Of a stretch of DNA of 64,000 bases, positions 21,739-34,634 are shown piece after piece. Origin of the DNA: a virus. Taxonomy: Duplodnaviria > Caudoviricetes. The DNA lies in IMG/VR virus record IMGVR_UViG_3300003937_000325. The stretch is one strand, 5' to 3'. The notes under the pieces were generated by a model, which was not told where the DNA came from, did no database searches, and worked only from the letters and a program-made list of their open reading frames with translations. Position 1 is the first letter of the stretch; the number at the start of each line of letters is the position of its first letter. The position numbers and the translations under genes are program-made.

Positions 21739-24681
21739 CTAAATTAAACTACCCCCTCTAATATAATTAGCTGTGGTATCTACAACACCCGAAGCCCCTT
21801 GGTTCCATCCTCCATTACTAGAGAATACTCGATATGTTCCATTCGGCCAATTTGAGCCCGTATATGTAATATCAAAACGTCTAAGAGTACTATCGGTAGT
21901 TAATGGACTTAAACTATTTGGTGCTCCCGCGAAATTAAATTGTACATCACCGTAAACTAAAGATGATGAGTCTAATAATGAATGTGGTACCCATATCGAA
22001 TACCATACATTACCTGTAGTCGTATTTGCAATTATTTCAGCAGTTTCAAATACAAACGCATCTATTGGATTTCCTTGACTATCACTACCTCCCGTAACTT
22101 GAGGTACTGGAACTTTTATAACAGGCGGTACATTCGCTGTTCCATTAACAAATCCTGGCCAATCCATATAAATCTTTAAATCTGCTACATTAGTCCCATT
22201 TACTCCCGAACCTCCTTGGAAACCATACCAAGATGATGCACCTGTATTAAACATATATCGTAAAATATCCGTATTTGGATTTGAACCAAATACTGAGTCA
22301 TCAGCTGATTCCATAAATATTAACGCTTGTTTGTCTTCTTCTGGTCTCAATGATGGAGTCGGAGTTGGAGTAATAGTATTAGTCGGAGTCATAGTCGGAG
22401 TATTAGTTACTGTTGGTGTAGGTGTATTAGTTGGTGTATTAGTTGGGGTATTAGTTGGCGTGTTTGTTGGAGTATTTGTTGGAGTGTTAGTAGGTGTAGG
22501 AGTGTTAGTCGGTGTATTCGTAGGAGTATTTGTCGGTGTCGGGGTGTTAGTAGGGGTGTTAGTTGGAGTATTCGTAGGTGTATTAGTCGGCGTATTCGTA
22601 GGTGTGTTAGTTGGAGTATTTGTTGGAGTATTTGTCGGTGTTAGGGTAGGAGTTATAGTTGGTGTGTTAGTTGGAGTATTTGTCGGTGTGTTAGTTGGCG
22701 TGTTAGTTGGTGTGTTAGTAGGCGTGTTCGTAGGAGTATTTGTTGGAGTATTGGTTGGTGTAGGAGTATTAGTAGGAGTGTTAGTTGGGGTGTTAGTAGG
22801 AGTATTAGTTGGTGTGTTTGTTGGAGTATTAGTTGGTGTGTTAGTAGGGGTACTAGTTAGTGTTGGAGTTATTGTTGGAGTTATTGTTGGAGTATTAGTT
22901 GGAGTGTTAGTTGGAGTATTGGTTGGAGTATTAGTCGGTGTATTTGTAGGAGTTAATGTTGGGGTATTAGTAGGAGTATTTGTTGGTGTGTTAGTCGGAG
23001 TATTGGTTGGCGTATTAGTCGGAGTATTAGTTGGAGTATTAGTTGGAGTATTAGTTGGCGTATTAGTTGGGGTAGGAGTATTAGTTGGCGTATTCGTAGG
23101 AGTATTTGTCGGTGTGTTAGTAGGAGTATTTGTTGGTGTGTTAGTCGGAGTATTAGTTGGAGTATTAGTTGGAGTATTTGTCGGTGTATTTGTTGGAGTA
23201 TTAGTTGGAGTGTTAGTAGGTGTAGACGTATTTGTCGGAGTGTTCGTAGGTGTGTTAGTTGGAGTTAGTGTTGGAGTTAGTGTTGGAGTTATTGTTGGAG
23301 TTATTGTTGGAGTATTCGTAGGTGTGTTAGTTGGCGTATTCGTTGGCGTATTCGTTGGTGTATTCGTTGGAGTAGGTGTTATAGTTGCGTCAGGAGTTGA
23401 AGTAGGAGATGGTGTTACAGTATTAGTAGGAGTTAATGTTGGAGTATTAGTCGGAGTATTAGTCGGTGTATTTGTAGGAGTTAATGTTGGAGTATTAGTA
23501 GGAGTATTGGTTGGGGTGTTAGTAGGAGTATTAGTTGGAGTATTAGTTGGGGTATTAGTTGGGGTGTTAGTAGGGGTGTTAGTAGGGGTAGGAGTTATAG
23601 TTGCATCAGGAGTTGAAGTAGGAGATGGTGTTACAGTATTAGTTGGGGTATTAGTTGGTGTATTTGTTGGAGTATTGGTTGGAGTGTTAGTAGGAGTATT
23701 GGTTGGAGTTTGTGTTGGAGTATTAGTCGGCGTATTAGTAGGGGTGTTAGTAGGAGTATTGGTTGGAGTTTGTGTTGGAGTTTGTGTTGGAGTATTAGTC
23801 GGCGTATTAGTCGGCGTATTAGTCGGAGTTGGTGTCGGAACGTTTGTAAATGAACCATCAACCACAAAATCACAATCTAAACCTGACGCTGTCGGAGTTG
23901 GAGTTTGTGTTGGTGTATTAGTTGGTGTTGGTGTTGGAATATTTGTAAATGAACCATCAACCACAAAATCACAATCTAACGTTGATGTTGCTGTCGGAGT
24001 AGGGGTTACAGTACTAGTTGGAGTATTAGTTGGAGTTACGGTTGGAGTAAGACCTGATGTTGGTGTTGGTGTAGGGGTTACAGTACTAGTTGGAGTATTA
24101 GTTGGCGTCGCCGTTGGCGTAATAGTTGGGGTAAGACCCGATGTTGGTGTCGGTGTAGGTGTTACAGTACCAGTAGGAGTATTAGTTGGCGTCGCCGTTG
24201 GCGTAATAGTTGGAGTAAGACCTGATGTTGGTGTTGGCGTAGGGGTCACAGTACCAGTAGGAGTATTAGTTGGTGTATTCGTAGGAGTACTAGTTGGGGT
24301 AATAGTTGGTGTGAGACCTGATGTTGGTGTCGGAGTAGGAGTTACAGTACTAGTTGGAGTATTAGTTGGTGTGTTAGTCGGAGTTGGAGTAAATCCTATT
24401 GTTACTGTTGGCGTAGGAGTTGGAGTTGGAGTTACATCGTCATCATAAACAATTATTTTTTTGGACACCGTCTCATCGTTACAACCTGGTTGCTTATTAA
24501 CGACAAAAATAGTGTATTCAATACCTGCAACTGAACCTGGTAAATCTAAAACAACACCCGCAACTATTTGGTCTCTAGTAATACCCGTTCTAATAGGCAC
24601 AGTCTGAGTAGAACCCGTGTGAATATCAAACGGTCCAACCGCATTTGAACTTAAAGTTAATCTTATTATTACTTGACCCAT
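21739..24681 (-). CDS. Mucin-like Thr/Pro-repeat protein (980 aa)
   Basis: About 700 aa of (TPTN)n between small N- and C-terminal globular domains. Confidence 0.8.
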   Translation of the reverse strand: MGQVIIRLTLSSNAVGPFDIHTGSTQTVPIRTGITRDQIVAGVVLDLPGSVAGIEYTIFVVNKQPGCNDETVSKKIIVYDDDVTPTPTPTPTVTIGFTPTPTNTPTNTPTSTVTPTPTPTSGLTPTITPTSTPTNTPTNTPTGTVTPTPTPTSGLTPTITPTATPTNTPTGTVTPTPTPTSGLTPTITPTATPTNTPTSTVTPTPTPTSGLTPTVTPTNTPTSTVTPTPTATSTLDCDFVVDGSFTNIPTPTPTNTPTQTPTPTASGLDCDFVVDGSFTNVPTPTPTNTPTNTPTNTPTQTPTQTPTNTPTNTPTNTPTNTPTQTPTNTPTNTPTNTPTNTPTNTPTNTVTPSPTSTPDATITPTPTNTPTNTPTNTPTNTPTNTPTNTPTNTPTNTPTLTPTNTPTNTPTNTPTLTPTNTVTPSPTSTPDATITPTPTNTPTNTPTNTPTNTPTNTPTITPTITPTLTPTLTPTNTPTNTPTNTSTPTNTPTNTPTNTPTNTPTNTPTNTPTNTPTNTPTNTPTNTPTNTPTNTPTPTNTPTNTPTNTPTNTPTNTPTNTPTNTPTNTPTNTPTLTPTNTPTNTPTNTPTNTPTNTPTITPTITPTLTSTPTNTPTNTPTNTPTNTPTNTPTNTPTNTPTPTNTPTNTPTNTPTNTPTNTPTNTPTNTPTNTPTITPTLTPTNTPTNTPTNTPTNTPTNTPTNTPTNTPTNTPTPTNTPTNTPTNTPTPTNTPTNTPTNTPTNTPTNTPTNTPTPTVTNTPTMTPTNTITPTPTPSLRPEEDKQALIFMESADDSVFGSNPNTDILRYMFNTGASSWYGFQGGSGVNGTNVADLKIYMDWPGFVNGTANVPPVIKVPVPQVTGGSDSQGNPIDAFVFETAEIIANTTTGNVWYSIWVPHSLLDSSSLVYGDVQFNFAGAPNSLSPLTTDSTLRRFDITYTGSNWPNGTYRVFSSNGGWNQGASGVVDTTANYIRGGSLI
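22340..24430 (-). repeat. About 2.1 kb degenerate (TPTN)n coding repeat with sub-repeats ([11 protein letters not shown] x4; [13 protein letters not shown] x2)
   Basis: Direct inspection. Confidence 0.9.
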
Positions 24682-24792
24682 TAATTAATACATTTGTTAT
24701 ATAAATACTGCGAGAATGTAAAATACAGATTTCTATTTACTTTATTTTTTTTTAGTTTTATCACTTGAATATATTATTATTTGTAGAAATTA

Positions 24793-27700
24793 TTAGCAAC
24801 CTCCTCCGATTCCACTACAATTACCACCTAAACATGTTAAGAAACTTGTTACAACACCGTTACTAACATTAAAAACACATCCCGTATCTGAAACAAATGC
24901 TCCGTTACCTAACAGTACGTAGTTACCACCACTAAAGGCGTAAACCGAATTACCTGTAGGACAATCTAAGAACGTAGATGTTAGTACATCTGTAAAATAT
25001 TCAGTAGTTGGAGTGTCCCCACCAATAAAGGCATTACATGGTTGTGAGGAACCTCCTCCGTGAAGTCCGAAGAATAGACCTAATGAGGCATATCCTGGAG
25101 GTGTCGTATCACATGGGTCAAAACCTGTAATGAAATTACCAGAAGGACAATCATTATACATTACTTCTTCAGTACCAAATCCTAAATCTTTTACCACTCT
25201 AACCCAACTAACATCAGAGTGACAAGATGAACCCCCAGTACAGTTTTGATTAGGTCCTGAAAATATACATGCACAATTAAACGAGAAGTCAATAAGACCA
25301 CTAGAAGAAGCCGCCGCTATAGCCTGAGCCTGTGTCGAATCAATTGATAATTGACTATATCTATCCCTATTACTTTGACCAGGATAACCAGAACCCCCTA
25401 CTAAAGTAGAATCAGGTGGGTAATTTAGAAGGTCAGTAAATCCACCGTTATTATTCATAGATACCTGACCAATATTTATACCATTCGCTATAATATCAAA
25501 CCTCGCTCTATTACATGTGTGACCCCCATGACAAGGCGAACCGTTTGCAGAGCTCTGATTATATTCAACTATAAATGTTAGAGACTCAATACAAGTAACT
25601 AAAGGTAGTGTTGTCGGTGTAGGTGTTGGAGTCGGTGTTGGAATTAGAGTGGTTGTTGGTGTTGGAGTCGGAGTACTTGTTTGTGTTGGAGTTGGAGTCG
25701 GTGTAATATCATTACAACATATATCGTACACTATTTTAGTACTTAATCTAAAGTACACATTCTTTAATTCTTTACAGTCCGAAATAATTGTTATTAAATT
25801 TTGGTCAATATCTAATGTGAAACTTTCAATTTGCGGTATCGTTTTAAGTATCTCATCAATTGCGTTCATCCAATCTTGAGCACTAGGATAGTCACCTAAA
25901 GTAGTTCCTGTATAAAATGGGTTTTCTACGTGATAAGGAGGTGTCAGTGTACCACCTGAAAAATCAACTATAGCATAAAAAACGGCATTTACTAACGTAC
26001 AGTTCTGATGTCCAACAGTTAAATCAAGGTAACCCTCATTTAACATAGAACCAAAATCTCTAATACCCGCTGAAGTAGTAATAAAATCGTTTTCACATAT
26101 TTCATTTACTTCATAACATTCAACAATTTGATTGTTACAGTTAATAGTTACCGACTCCGTAGCACTACATCCGTTATCATCAGTAATAGTTGCGGTATAT
26201 GTACCACCACTTAAACCTGTAATTGACATCGTAGTCTCACCATTACTCCATAAAATATTAAATGGAGCAACTCCATCGCTAATACTAATATCTGCCATAC
26301 CATCATCACCTGTAACACATTCAGTAGGAAGTATTATAAAGTTTACTCCTGTAGATGGGGCGATTGTTATAGTTTGAGAAACTGTACAGTTTCTTACATC
26401 AATAACATTTAAAAGGTACGTTGATGGTGCCAACGAAGTAATTGACTGAGTATTTGATGGGTCATCAATAACGGAATAAACAACTGAACCCGTATTAACA
26501 TCAGTTAAGATATAATCAAATGGACCCTGTAATGGAACAGAACCCGCAGTTAGATTAATATCTATTATCCCATTGTTATCACCACAAGTACCATCAGTGA
26601 TAGTACTATTAACGTTAAATTTAACATTATTACTTATAGTTTTATCAGTACTATATGTACAGTTACCATTTTGAGATACAATTGTAACCGTATATGTACC
26701 TGAAGGTAAGTTATTAAAAGTATGACTTTGTGAACTAGTTGTTGTACTATCAGTAATTAAACCATTCGTAACCTCATAAGTGAAAATTCCCGCAGGTGCT
26801 GATATACTTATCGATATTGAACCATCATCGTTACAATCGGAATTAGTAACCCCTATATTAACAATGGTGAAACCTGCAGTTGAAGGTATAGACTGAATTG
26901 CCGTAACTGAACAACCACCCGCATCTGTAATAATAGTACTATTAAAACCTCCACATAATCCTGTAAATGATTCTGATAAATTATTAGAAGTTATTACTTC
27001 ACCTGCACTATTTTGGTATGTATATGGTGAAGTACCTCCCGATATTGTTACCACAACTTGACCATCACAATCAAAACAACCCGCTTGTGTTGGTACGGTT
27101 GAGACTATACCTAATGGGTCAGCTAACCCTACGTTAATACTTTGACTTAATCTACACCCTTCAGAATCTGTAACTTCAACACCCCACGAACCCACGGATA
27201 ATCCAGTTGCTGTTTGTGTTGTTTGTCCGTTGGACCACAAGTATGTGTATGGTGGAGTACCACCTAATAAATTAGTAACAGTCGCAGTACCCACACCAGG
27301 ACCACACGGAGAATCAGGAACAACTAAAATATTATAACTAATTGGGTCCGTACTTACAACTGTCGTATTTGTTGTTTGTGCGATTGCACCTCCAAAATCT
27401 GTAACAATACAGTAGTAGGTTGCGGGACCAATATTTGTAAATGTCTGTGTATTTGAAAAACTATTAAAAGATTGAAAAATAGTTCCCGAAACCGTATCGT
27501 ATAAATCATATTGAAATGGACTAGATAATGAATCATTTGTAACTGTTACAACTCCGTTGATATTTCCACATGTCGTACCTGAAGAAGTTATAGTGGCATT
27601 AAAACAACCTTCAACATTAACATTAATAACCACATCTTGATTAACCCCACCTGAACTATCTTGAAGTAAAAAGACATAACTACCTTCATCAACACCACCC

Positions 27701-29670
27701 CAACTAAATGGTCCGTTACCTGTTTGTTGACCTAATAGTAATCCACCCGCCGCAGTGGTTGACGTATTTTGAATAGTATATGGTTTTGTACCACCTGAAG
27801 GACTTATTAATATAATACCACCTTTAGGATTAGTACAAGTACCTGTAACTTCAAAACTATAAGTTATCGGACCTTCATCACAACTAACAACACATACGTC
27901 ACCACTAATTTGTACACCTTGCATCGAAACATTAATATCAACACATACCTCTAACCCTACTTCATTACCTTGTTGTAATCTTCCACAACAATCCGTATAC
28001 GTATAAAAACCATCTGTAATACCTGAAAAACAACCCTCCCCCACATTTGAAGTTGGTGTTGGTGTGGGTGTAGGCGTAGGGGTATAACTAGGAGGGACAA
28101 AGGGACTTGAAGTTGGTGTTGGTGTGGGTGTAGGCGTAGGGGTATAACTAGGAGGAACAAAGGGACTTGAAGTTGGCGTGGGAGTTAGAGTATTTGTGGG
28201 AGTAGGTGTAGGAGACAATCTAACTTCAGGTGAAGGTGTTGGTGTTGGCGTGAGAGTATTTGTAGGGGTAGGTGTGGGTGTAGATTCTTGACATATAATG
28301 TCAGTACACTTTATTGGCCCCACTGAAGCAACACTATTATCCCAATATATTATAGTAACATAAGGTTCTAAAAGTGGTTCATTAATTCTATTATAACACC
28401 CATTAACTCCACCTACATTTTCAAATAAATAGCCATTAAAAGGTGGGCTCGTATATAAATCATTATCAAAATCTATAACATTAAATCTAAATATTTTATT
28501 ACCTGAACACGCAGAAAAATAATAATATTCATCTAACTCAGAAACATTATTTTGACAATCAGTACAATTTTCATAAACGTTTGTTATTTCATGTCCTGAT
28601 GTTATATTAGTACTTATTAGTACTTGGTCAACTTTATCCGTTTCACCACCAAAACAGAACGTCTTACTTTCAACGAATTGCGGCGTTATAAATCCAGTTC
28701 CAAGCGGGTTACCCCACGTTAACGTTGAAGCACTAAAAGTACTTTGACCCTGATTTACCCCGTTACAATCATTACCAGATGGTTGAAATTTATATATATT
28801 ATTAAATGGATTATTAGAAACACAATCGGAACAATCAGAATACCAATTTGATACTATGTCGTAATAACCAACACCTAAAGTACCTGAATAGGGTTGTTGA
28901 ACATTATTAGGCTTTAAACACGGACCCCCCCATATTGAAGAATATGATTCTACCCTATCCCTCATATCACCAGAATATTGCACACCACTCGAATCTGTTA
29001 TTAAATTACCGTAACAATCATCGGACATTGTAACCCACCCATCATATAAACCGTTAAAGTAGTTTCTGGCGTTTGTTGCGAAATAGGGTATTTGTGTATA
29101 ATATGACCCTAAACCACTTACTAAGTCTGATGTAATAGAACTGGCATTATTAAAATCATAGTTTAAAACCCCATTATTAGTAATGTGACTATAATCATTT
29201 ACACTTGTTAGAAAAATAAAATCATACCTATTAGTATCCGCACCACCTATTACTTTTGATAAATCATTAAACGTATTTGCACTATAAAAATTAGTACTGT
29301 ATCTAGGAGATTTAAATGTCCCACTTGGACCTATTACATCAATATAGTTTTGAGCGAAAAATGTTGTATTAATATTAAACGTTGAACCTATATAAACCGC
29401 GACTGAAGTATCTGATACCTTACTCCAATATTCACCTGTAACCATTTGAGTGTCAAAAGGGATTGTTGCTGAACCTAAATTTGTAGCTTTCCAATATCTT
29501 GACCTAAATGACCAAGTTGTATCAGGGTTAGTAAGTAGATGGTTCTCCGTAAACGCTCTATTTAATCCTGCGGGTGTAGCCGCATCGGGCCAAGCCATAT
29601 ATACGGTAGAACCTGTAGTTGGTGAACCTACAGTCGCTATTTGTTCTAATTTAAAATATAAAGTCGCCAT
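24793..29670 (-). CDS. Large putative virion protein (1625 aa) with SprB-like repeats, Cys modules and TP linkers
   Basis: [37 protein letters not shown] and [36 protein letters not shown]. Confidence 0.7.
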   Translation of the reverse strand: MATLYFKLEQIATVGSPTTGSTVYMAWPDAATPAGLNRAFTENHLLTNPDTTWSFRSRYWKATNLGSATIPFDTQMVTGEYWSKVSDTSVAVYIGSTFNINTTFFAQNYIDVIGPSGTFKSPRYSTNFYSANTFNDLSKVIGGADTNRYDFIFLTSVNDYSHITNNGVLNYDFNNASSITSDLVSGLGSYYTQIPYFATNARNYFNGLYDGWVTMSDDCYGNLITDSSGVQYSGDMRDRVESYSSIWGGPCLKPNNVQQPYSGTLGVGYYDIVSNWYSDCSDCVSNNPFNNIYKFQPSGNDCNGVNQGQSTFSASTLTWGNPLGTGFITPQFVESKTFCFGGETDKVDQVLISTNITSGHEITNVYENCTDCQNNVSELDEYYYFSACSGNKIFRFNVIDFDNDLYTSPPFNGYLFENVGGVNGCYNRINEPLLEPYVTIIYWDNSVASVGPIKCTDIICQESTPTPTPTNTLTPTPTPSPEVRLSPTPTPTNTLTPTPTSSPFVPPSYTPTPTPTPTPTSSPFVPPSYTPTPTPTPTPTSNVGEGCFSGITDGFYTYTDCCGRLQQGNEVGLEVCVDINVSMQGVQISGDVCVVSCDEGPITYSFEVTGTCTNPKGGIILISPSGGTKPYTIQNTSTTAAGGLLLGQQTGNGPFSWGGVDEGSYVFLLQDSSGGVNQDVVINVNVEGCFNATITSSGTTCGNINGVVTVTNDSLSSPFQYDLYDTVSGTIFQSFNSFSNTQTFTNIGPATYYCIVTDFGGAIAQTTNTTVVSTDPISYNILVVPDSPCGPGVGTATVTNLLGGTPPYTYLWSNGQTTQTATGLSVGSWGVEVTDSEGCRLSQSINVGLADPLGIVSTVPTQAGCFDCDGQVVVTISGGTSPYTYQNSAGEVITSNNLSESFTGLCGGFNSTIITDAGGCSVTAIQSIPSTAGFTIVNIGVTNSDCNDDGSISISISAPAGIFTYEVTNGLITDSTTTSSQSHTFNNLPSGTYTVTIVSQNGNCTYSTDKTISNNVKFNVNSTITDGTCGDNNGIIDINLTAGSVPLQGPFDYILTDVNTGSVVYSVIDDPSNTQSITSLAPSTYLLNVIDVRNCTVSQTITIAPSTGVNFIILPTECVTGDDGMADISISDGVAPFNILWSNGETTMSITGLSGGTYTATITDDNGCSATESVTINCNNQIVECYEVNEICENDFITTSAGIRDFGSMLNEGYLDLTVGHQNCTLVNAVFYAIVDFSGGTLTPPYHVENPFYTGTTLGDYPSAQDWMNAIDEILKTIPQIESFTLDIDQNLITIISDCKELKNVYFRLSTKIVYDICCNDITPTPTPTQTSTPTPTPTTTLIPTPTPTPTPTTLPLVTCIESLTFIVEYNQSSANGSPCHGGHTCNRARFDIIANGINIGQVSMNNNGGFTDLLNYPPDSTLVGGSGYPGQSNRDRYSQLSIDSTQAQAIAAASSSGLIDFSFNCACIFSGPNQNCTGGSSCHSDVSWVRVVKDLGFGTEEVMYNDCPSGNFITGFDPCDTTPPGYASLGLFFGLHGGGSSQPCNAFIGGDTPTTEYFTDVLTSTFLDCPTGNSVYAFSGGNYVLLGNGAFVSDTGCVFNVSNGVVTSFLTCLGGNCSGIGGGC
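28047..28176. repeat. 60-bp near-perfect tandem repeat (about 2.2 copies) encoding [18 protein letters not shown]
   Basis: Lines 28021, 28081 and 28141 align column for column. Confidence 0.85.
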
Positions 29671-32636
29671 TAACTACAATTGATTTTTACATTTACACCA
29701 ACGTTTACTGTTAGAGTTTTATTTGTGAATTCGGGGTCGCATCCTGTGTTACTTACTGTCAAAATATTATTACTGTCTATAGTATAGTTTAAACCACTTT
29801 GATATAAATACTGTAACTTATCATTCAACGCAATAATCCAATCAGTAAATGTCGGGTAATCTTGTCCACCAAGTCCCTCATAAAATTCCTCCTGCACTAA
29901 AATTGTTGAGTCTAATCTTACATCAACATACCATTTACTAACTAAACTGTTTAGTACACAGTCATTAATAGTGTACCCAGATTTATTAATACAACTATTA
30001 ATACTATTATTTAATATAGTGGGTATAGAACTTATATTAACATCACACGTCAATGTTTCGTCAATACAATCATTATCAAATAACTGACCGTAGTATATAC
30101 ATGGAATACAGTCAATAGGTATAATTTCACAACCTCTTTGTCTTCTCCAAACATGTTTTTGTCTTTGTAAAACATTGTTTACCATTTTCTGACCACCCAT
30201 CCATATTGTAGAGGCCGGAATCATCTGTTCAACTAATTTTGTCCAATAATCACCAATACCTAAAGTAAAATCAATCATCTTCTGATAAGTGTATTGATTT
30301 GAAGGTATATTTACCGCCGATTCCGATTGTAAATATTTCCAATATATGGACTGTAATGTTGGGTAACTGTTGGCCGCCCCATCACTAATAGTCTGTCTGT
30401 TTCGTACATTTATTAATGTATTATAAAACGTTTGAGCGAACTCGAAAAATGTTTTTTCCTGTGGTAGTGGATTAATAACGGTCCAATCTTTACCTCCAGG
30501 GTACGGATAAGGCGATGTTAAACCTGATGATGGAAATGGATATCCATAACGTCTAGACATTCTCCATATATCGTAGGTTATACCTTGCGCCATGTTTAAG
30601 TATAATTCAACATTTTTAGCGTTAAGTACTAATTTTTCATCAAACACCTCATAATACGCATTATACGCACCATCACGATTTCTCCTAATACCTGTTTCAG
30701 TATCATCCCATGATTTATTATTATCAATAGTTCTGGTTAACCCAAAACCAATATTCATATATGGGAACTTTCTAAATCTATCAAAATACTTTTGACCATA
30801 AGTAAAAGTCTCTAAAGATGTTTGTATACTAGGGTTAGCCCCTGTAAATGTTGAATTAGTAATATCAAGTTTTTCAATAGCTCTATGGTCAGGTGTCTCA
30901 ATATACCAACCCGCACCTTTTTCAAAGAAATATTCATTATTTGTTACGGGTCTCTTTGGATACCCATACTCATTCATAGGGTAATCCCCTCTTGTAGCAT
31001 CTGTTTGACTAACATATTTTGACGTAGTGAAACCTGTGTACGTAACACCTTGTATATTGTAAACTACATTCGGGTCTAAAGCGGGTACATCATCTACTTT
31101 TGTACCACCTGACAGTTTTAAGTATTCACCTTCAAATCTTTTTACATTTATTGGACCATCAGCGATGTATACTATTTCATTGAACTCAATCAAATCTTTA
31201 GGTGCCCCTACCATCCTCATAATTGCCTCAATAGAATGTCTTGTTCCTTTTGATTTAAATAGATAAGCCGAATTCAGTATCAAATTTCTATAAAATTGAA
31301 AATTTAACTGATTAGGTGTCGGGTCATTTTGAAAACCAGGATATATAGATTTATTTTTAGTCCCAAATATTGATGTTAAAAAATCTTCGTTAGTTATTGG
31401 TGAAATATTTGTATTCCATCCTAAAGTTTGTGCTAAATTTTGTAGTAATTCTGAAGGTATATCATTTTGAGGAGTATAATGTACTGAATTCATAAAAGAT
31501 AACGCATCTATGAATTTTTTAGACTCATCAAAACTTCTACCGTATAATTGTAAAACTTTTTCAACTTTTTTATCACCCGTATCAAAGTCTTTAAAAGCAC
31601 CTGTAGTTAAAAATCTAACTATTAAATCAGTTTTATACCTATCTATTACCTCACCAATTTCACTAACCTGTGTTAAGTAATTGTCAAATCTTAATGTTGA
31701 TATATCTAAATTCCATACCCCTAATTTAGGCCACGTAACCCTTTTTTTACGTTTTACGAATTGCCCATCATCGGTCTCTTCAACCATATCAAATATCGCA
31801 GTATATGGTGGGTTACTAAATCTATTTAATAAAAAATCTTCAATCTCATCAAAATCTTCTTTAAATGTAAATTCAGTATTGAATGATGTAGGTCTTAATA
31901 TTAGTGTATCTGTTGACGCGGTTAACCCACTAAATGGGTTACCTTTTACACTTACAGTAACAGTACCCGCAGAAACGTTTTGAGACGCCATAAAATTAAC
32001 AAATGGATATTCAGTTTCCATATCGTTAACATATAAAGCATATTTATTATAATTGGTGGTCATATCCCTTAATGGACTTGTTGGGTATGGTCTAACTGAT
32101 ATGTTACGAGCGGCATTTACTGAATAATCAATATCAAACGGATTATCAAATCTGGTAACATCCATAGTGAACGTTGTAATTTGTTCAACACTATCAAATG
32201 TTATATTATTAGCAGTATTTGCACTAGAATAAGATGGTAACGAAACCCTATTTACTTGTATTGAAGCCGGAAAAAAATTAATTATTTTAGTTATAGATGT
32301 AGACAGTCTTTTCTGTAATGACCCATAAAGAGCGTAATTAGTAACTTGACTTATATCATAGTTTGGATAAACTCTATAATTTTTTATTGCAATCGCTTTA
32401 GACTCTTCAATACTACCAACGTCAAGGTCGTTTAAAGATATGGGATTACTAAAAACACCCGTTTCAAATGTCCTATTAACTTTTTCAACAATATTTGTGG
32501 AAAATTCAAAATTACCCTGCGTTAACCCTCCACCATCAACCACCTGTAACCCAACTAAATCAGGTGAAAATGATTGGTCAGCACTTGGAGGTGCTGGAGG
32601 ATAAAAAAACTTTTTTTTATTGTTGTTTGTAGCCAT
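29670..32636 (-). CDS. Baseplate wedge/tail protein with P2 gpI-like segment (988 aa)
   Basis: [15 protein letters not shown]...[13 protein letters not shown] resembles the Tail_P2_I motif; baseplate context. Confidence 0.55.
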   Translation of the reverse strand: MATNNNKKKFFYPPAPPSADQSFSPDLVGLQVVDGGGLTQGNFEFSTNIVEKVNRTFETGVFSNPISLNDLDVGSIEESKAIAIKNYRVYPNYDISQVTNYALYGSLQKRLSTSITKIINFFPASIQVNRVSLPSYSSANTANNITFDSVEQITTFTMDVTRFDNPFDIDYSVNAARNISVRPYPTSPLRDMTTNYNKYALYVNDMETEYPFVNFMASQNVSAGTVTVSVKGNPFSGLTASTDTLILRPTSFNTEFTFKEDFDEIEDFLLNRFSNPPYTAIFDMVEETDDGQFVKRKKRVTWPKLGVWNLDISTLRFDNYLTQVSEIGEVIDRYKTDLIVRFLTTGAFKDFDTGDKKVEKVLQLYGRSFDESKKFIDALSFMNSVHYTPQNDIPSELLQNLAQTLGWNTNISPITNEDFLTSIFGTKNKSIYPGFQNDPTPNQLNFQFYRNLILNSAYLFKSKGTRHSIEAIMRMVGAPKDLIEFNEIVYIADGPINVKRFEGEYLKLSGGTKVDDVPALDPNVVYNIQGVTYTGFTTSKYVSQTDATRGDYPMNEYGYPKRPVTNNEYFFEKGAGWYIETPDHRAIEKLDITNSTFTGANPSIQTSLETFTYGQKYFDRFRKFPYMNIGFGLTRTIDNNKSWDDTETGIRRNRDGAYNAYYEVFDEKLVLNAKNVELYLNMAQGITYDIWRMSRRYGYPFPSSGLTSPYPYPGGKDWTVINPLPQEKTFFEFAQTFYNTLINVRNRQTISDGAANSYPTLQSIYWKYLQSESAVNIPSNQYTYQKMIDFTLGIGDYWTKLVEQMIPASTIWMGGQKMVNNVLQRQKHVWRRQRGCEIIPIDCIPCIYYGQLFDNDCIDETLTCDVNISSIPTILNNSINSCINKSGYTINDCVLNSLVSKWYVDVRLDSTILVQEEFYEGLGGQDYPTFTDWIIALNDKLQYLYQSGLNYTIDSNNILTVSNTGCDPEFTNKTLTVNVGVNVKINCS

Positions 32637-32638
32637 TT

Positions 32639-33547
32639 TTAGTTGGTTATGTTATTGAAATTTTTACTGAAATCTATGTTATCATCTCTATCTTGTCTAA
32701 CCTCATATAATAAATCGTTAAATTCATCTCTAATCTCATATAAGTTATATTGTTTGTATATATTAAGATTACTATCATACATAGTATAAATTCCATCTTC
32801 CATACTTTTTGTTTGATTACCATAAAGTGCGATAGCTAACGTATCAATATCATGTTCAGCCAATTCAATATCCATACTAATTGGATTAAAGAATGTGTTA
32901 GTCATAACAATATTTTGATTAGGTTGACCAATAAATGGTGTCGCATTTGCCTTATTAGAAGGGGCACTTGAAGGTGATACCGTACAAAATATTAAATCAC
33001 TTCCCCCATCAACATATCTATATCTTATCGCCTTTTGAGAACTATTACTTAAATTAGTCACAACTGGTTCACAATAAAAAGCTGATGTAACAACTCTATA
33101 AAAATTAGGTATCTTAGTGCCGTCACTATTTAAATATTCAATACGGTAACCAATTAGTCCTTGATTGATAAATCTATTTCGGTACTCTTGTGGTACCCCA
33201 TTTAAGTCGATGATTATACCCTTAACATTGGGTAATGATGATAATACACCACAATCTGTAATAGTGGTTCTTATTTCTACAGGTCTTATATATAATGTGT
33301 ATATACCTATTTTATTAAATTCTTCAGCTGGAAGTTTTAAGTTATATAAACCACCTAATATTTCAACATCGGCATTACCTCCTGTAGTTGAACTGTGGAA
33401 ATAAGGTGTTAAAACATCTTGGGCGTTCAGTTTTGTTAAAACAAAATTTGTCGTAACGTCTCTTGATGGAGTATAATTTAAAATTATCTCAACATCTTCT
33501 GGTGACATGTCAGCTGGTCTTACTGTTCCGTATGTTCCTAAAGCCAT
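32639..33547 (-). CDS. Hypothetical structural protein (302 aa)
   Basis: Long ORF tightly packed in the structural operon. Confidence 0.6.
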   Translation of the reverse strand: MALGTYGTVRPADMSPEDVEIILNYTPSRDVTTNFVLTKLNAQDVLTPYFHSSTTGGNADVEILGGLYNLKLPAEEFNKIGIYTLYIRPVEIRTTITDCGVLSSLPNVKGIIIDLNGVPQEYRNRFINQGLIGYRIEYLNSDGTKIPNFYRVVTSAFYCEPVVTNLSNSSQKAIRYRYVDGGSDLIFCTVSPSSAPSNKANATPFIGQPNQNIVMTNTFFNPISMDIELAEHDIDTLAIALYGNQTKSMEDGIYTMYDSNLNIYKQYNLYEIRDEFNDLLYEVRQDRDDNIDFSKNFNNITN

Positions 33548-33551
33548 TTTT

Positions 33552-34634
33552 TTACTCGTTATTATTGTTTATTCTAAAGTAACCATACCCATAAGATATC
33601 ATGTCACCTAAGTTATCCACCTCTCCAAGTCTTTGTAGTGATTCAAACCCTGAAAGCTTACCTCTTTCAATAAATATTTCAGATTGTATTTCTGGCGAGT
33701 CAACTACGTTAATTAATACTTCTTGTTTAGTAATTGCTGACGCAACTAACTCATTACTTGTTAAACCCGAAGATTCGGCGATATATAATGTAGTACCATC
33801 TAAGTAATCGTAGTATTGAACATTATTAATTGTATAGGAGGTGTAACCACTCGTTATTTGGTCCACTTTACCAAAAGGTTGACCCCCCTTAACCACTGTT
33901 GTGGTCACATCAAATTGAGTATTTCCATATAATTTAAGTTCAGATAACCTTGAAGAACTAAACCCACTCAATATAAATGGTACCGTTGTAAAATTATTAG
34001 ACGTTTGACTTTGTACCGTATTAGAACTATCACCCGTAAAAATATAATCGTAACTAATAGGTATTCCTGACCAACTTCCACCTTGGGGAATAAATGTGAC
34101 GTTACCATAAGGATTAGTTATTGTTACCCCTGTTGTTGGAACATAAACCTTTTTCTCAACTATCGTTTGTCCCCATGGATTATTTTGAGTCAATGTTATA
34201 ACATAGCTAGTGGTTACATTAGGATAAGTATGTGATAAATACTGAGGAGCGTTTGACGTTAGTGGTTCACTAAAACCGTCCCCCCAATCGACAATATAGT
34301 CAGACAACTTTAAAAATCCTTTAAATTCGTCAGACGTATTAAATAACCTTATCGTATTTTGATTAGACGGGTCACCTGATGTTATAAAATTTGATACTAC
34401 ATCTTGCTGTAACGCAAATCCATCAAATGGAGTATAAAAACCGTAGTTTTCATACGTTTGTCTAAAAACTATTGGTACTGTTAAACCTGTTAATAAACTA
34501 CTACCATCCGTACCCCCACTTAATATTTGAGTCATACCAGTATATACACCAAAAGTGTTTCCACTAAAGTATTCAGTAATAACGTCACCTTTTATTGATT
34601 CGGGTGAAATCTTTATGTAGTATTTCTCTTCCAT
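33552..34634 (-). CDS. Structural protein with PKD-like domain (360 aa)
   Basis: YIVDWGDG...SHTY...YVITLT is a PKD-type motif. Confidence 0.55.
   Translation of the reverse strand: MEEKYYIKISPESIKGDVITEYFSGNTFGVYTGMTQILSGGTDGSSLLTGLTVPIVFRQTYENYGFYTPFDGFALQQDVVSNFITSGDPSNQNTIRLFNTSDEFKGFLKLSDYIVDWGDGFSEPLTSNAPQYLSHTYPNVTTSYVITLTQNNPWGQTIVEKKVYVPTTGVTITNPYGNVTFIPQGGSWSGIPISYDYIFTGDSSNTVQSQTSNNFTTVPFILSGFSSSRLSELKLYGNTQFDVTTTVVKGGQPFGKVDQITSGYTSYTINNVQYYDYLDGTTLYIAESSGLTSNELVASAITKQEVLINVVDSPEIQSEIFIERGKLSGFESLQRLGEVDNLGDMISYGYGYFRINNNNE

Noticed and set aside
1550-24448. Long plus-strand poly-(Gly-Val) ORFs (1550-2146, 5166-5426, 5694-6380, 6411-8486, 22331-24448)
   Set aside because: They are exact antisense shadows of the Thr/Pro tracts, whose reverse complement lacks stop codons. 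They start and end with the repeats and have no independent signals.
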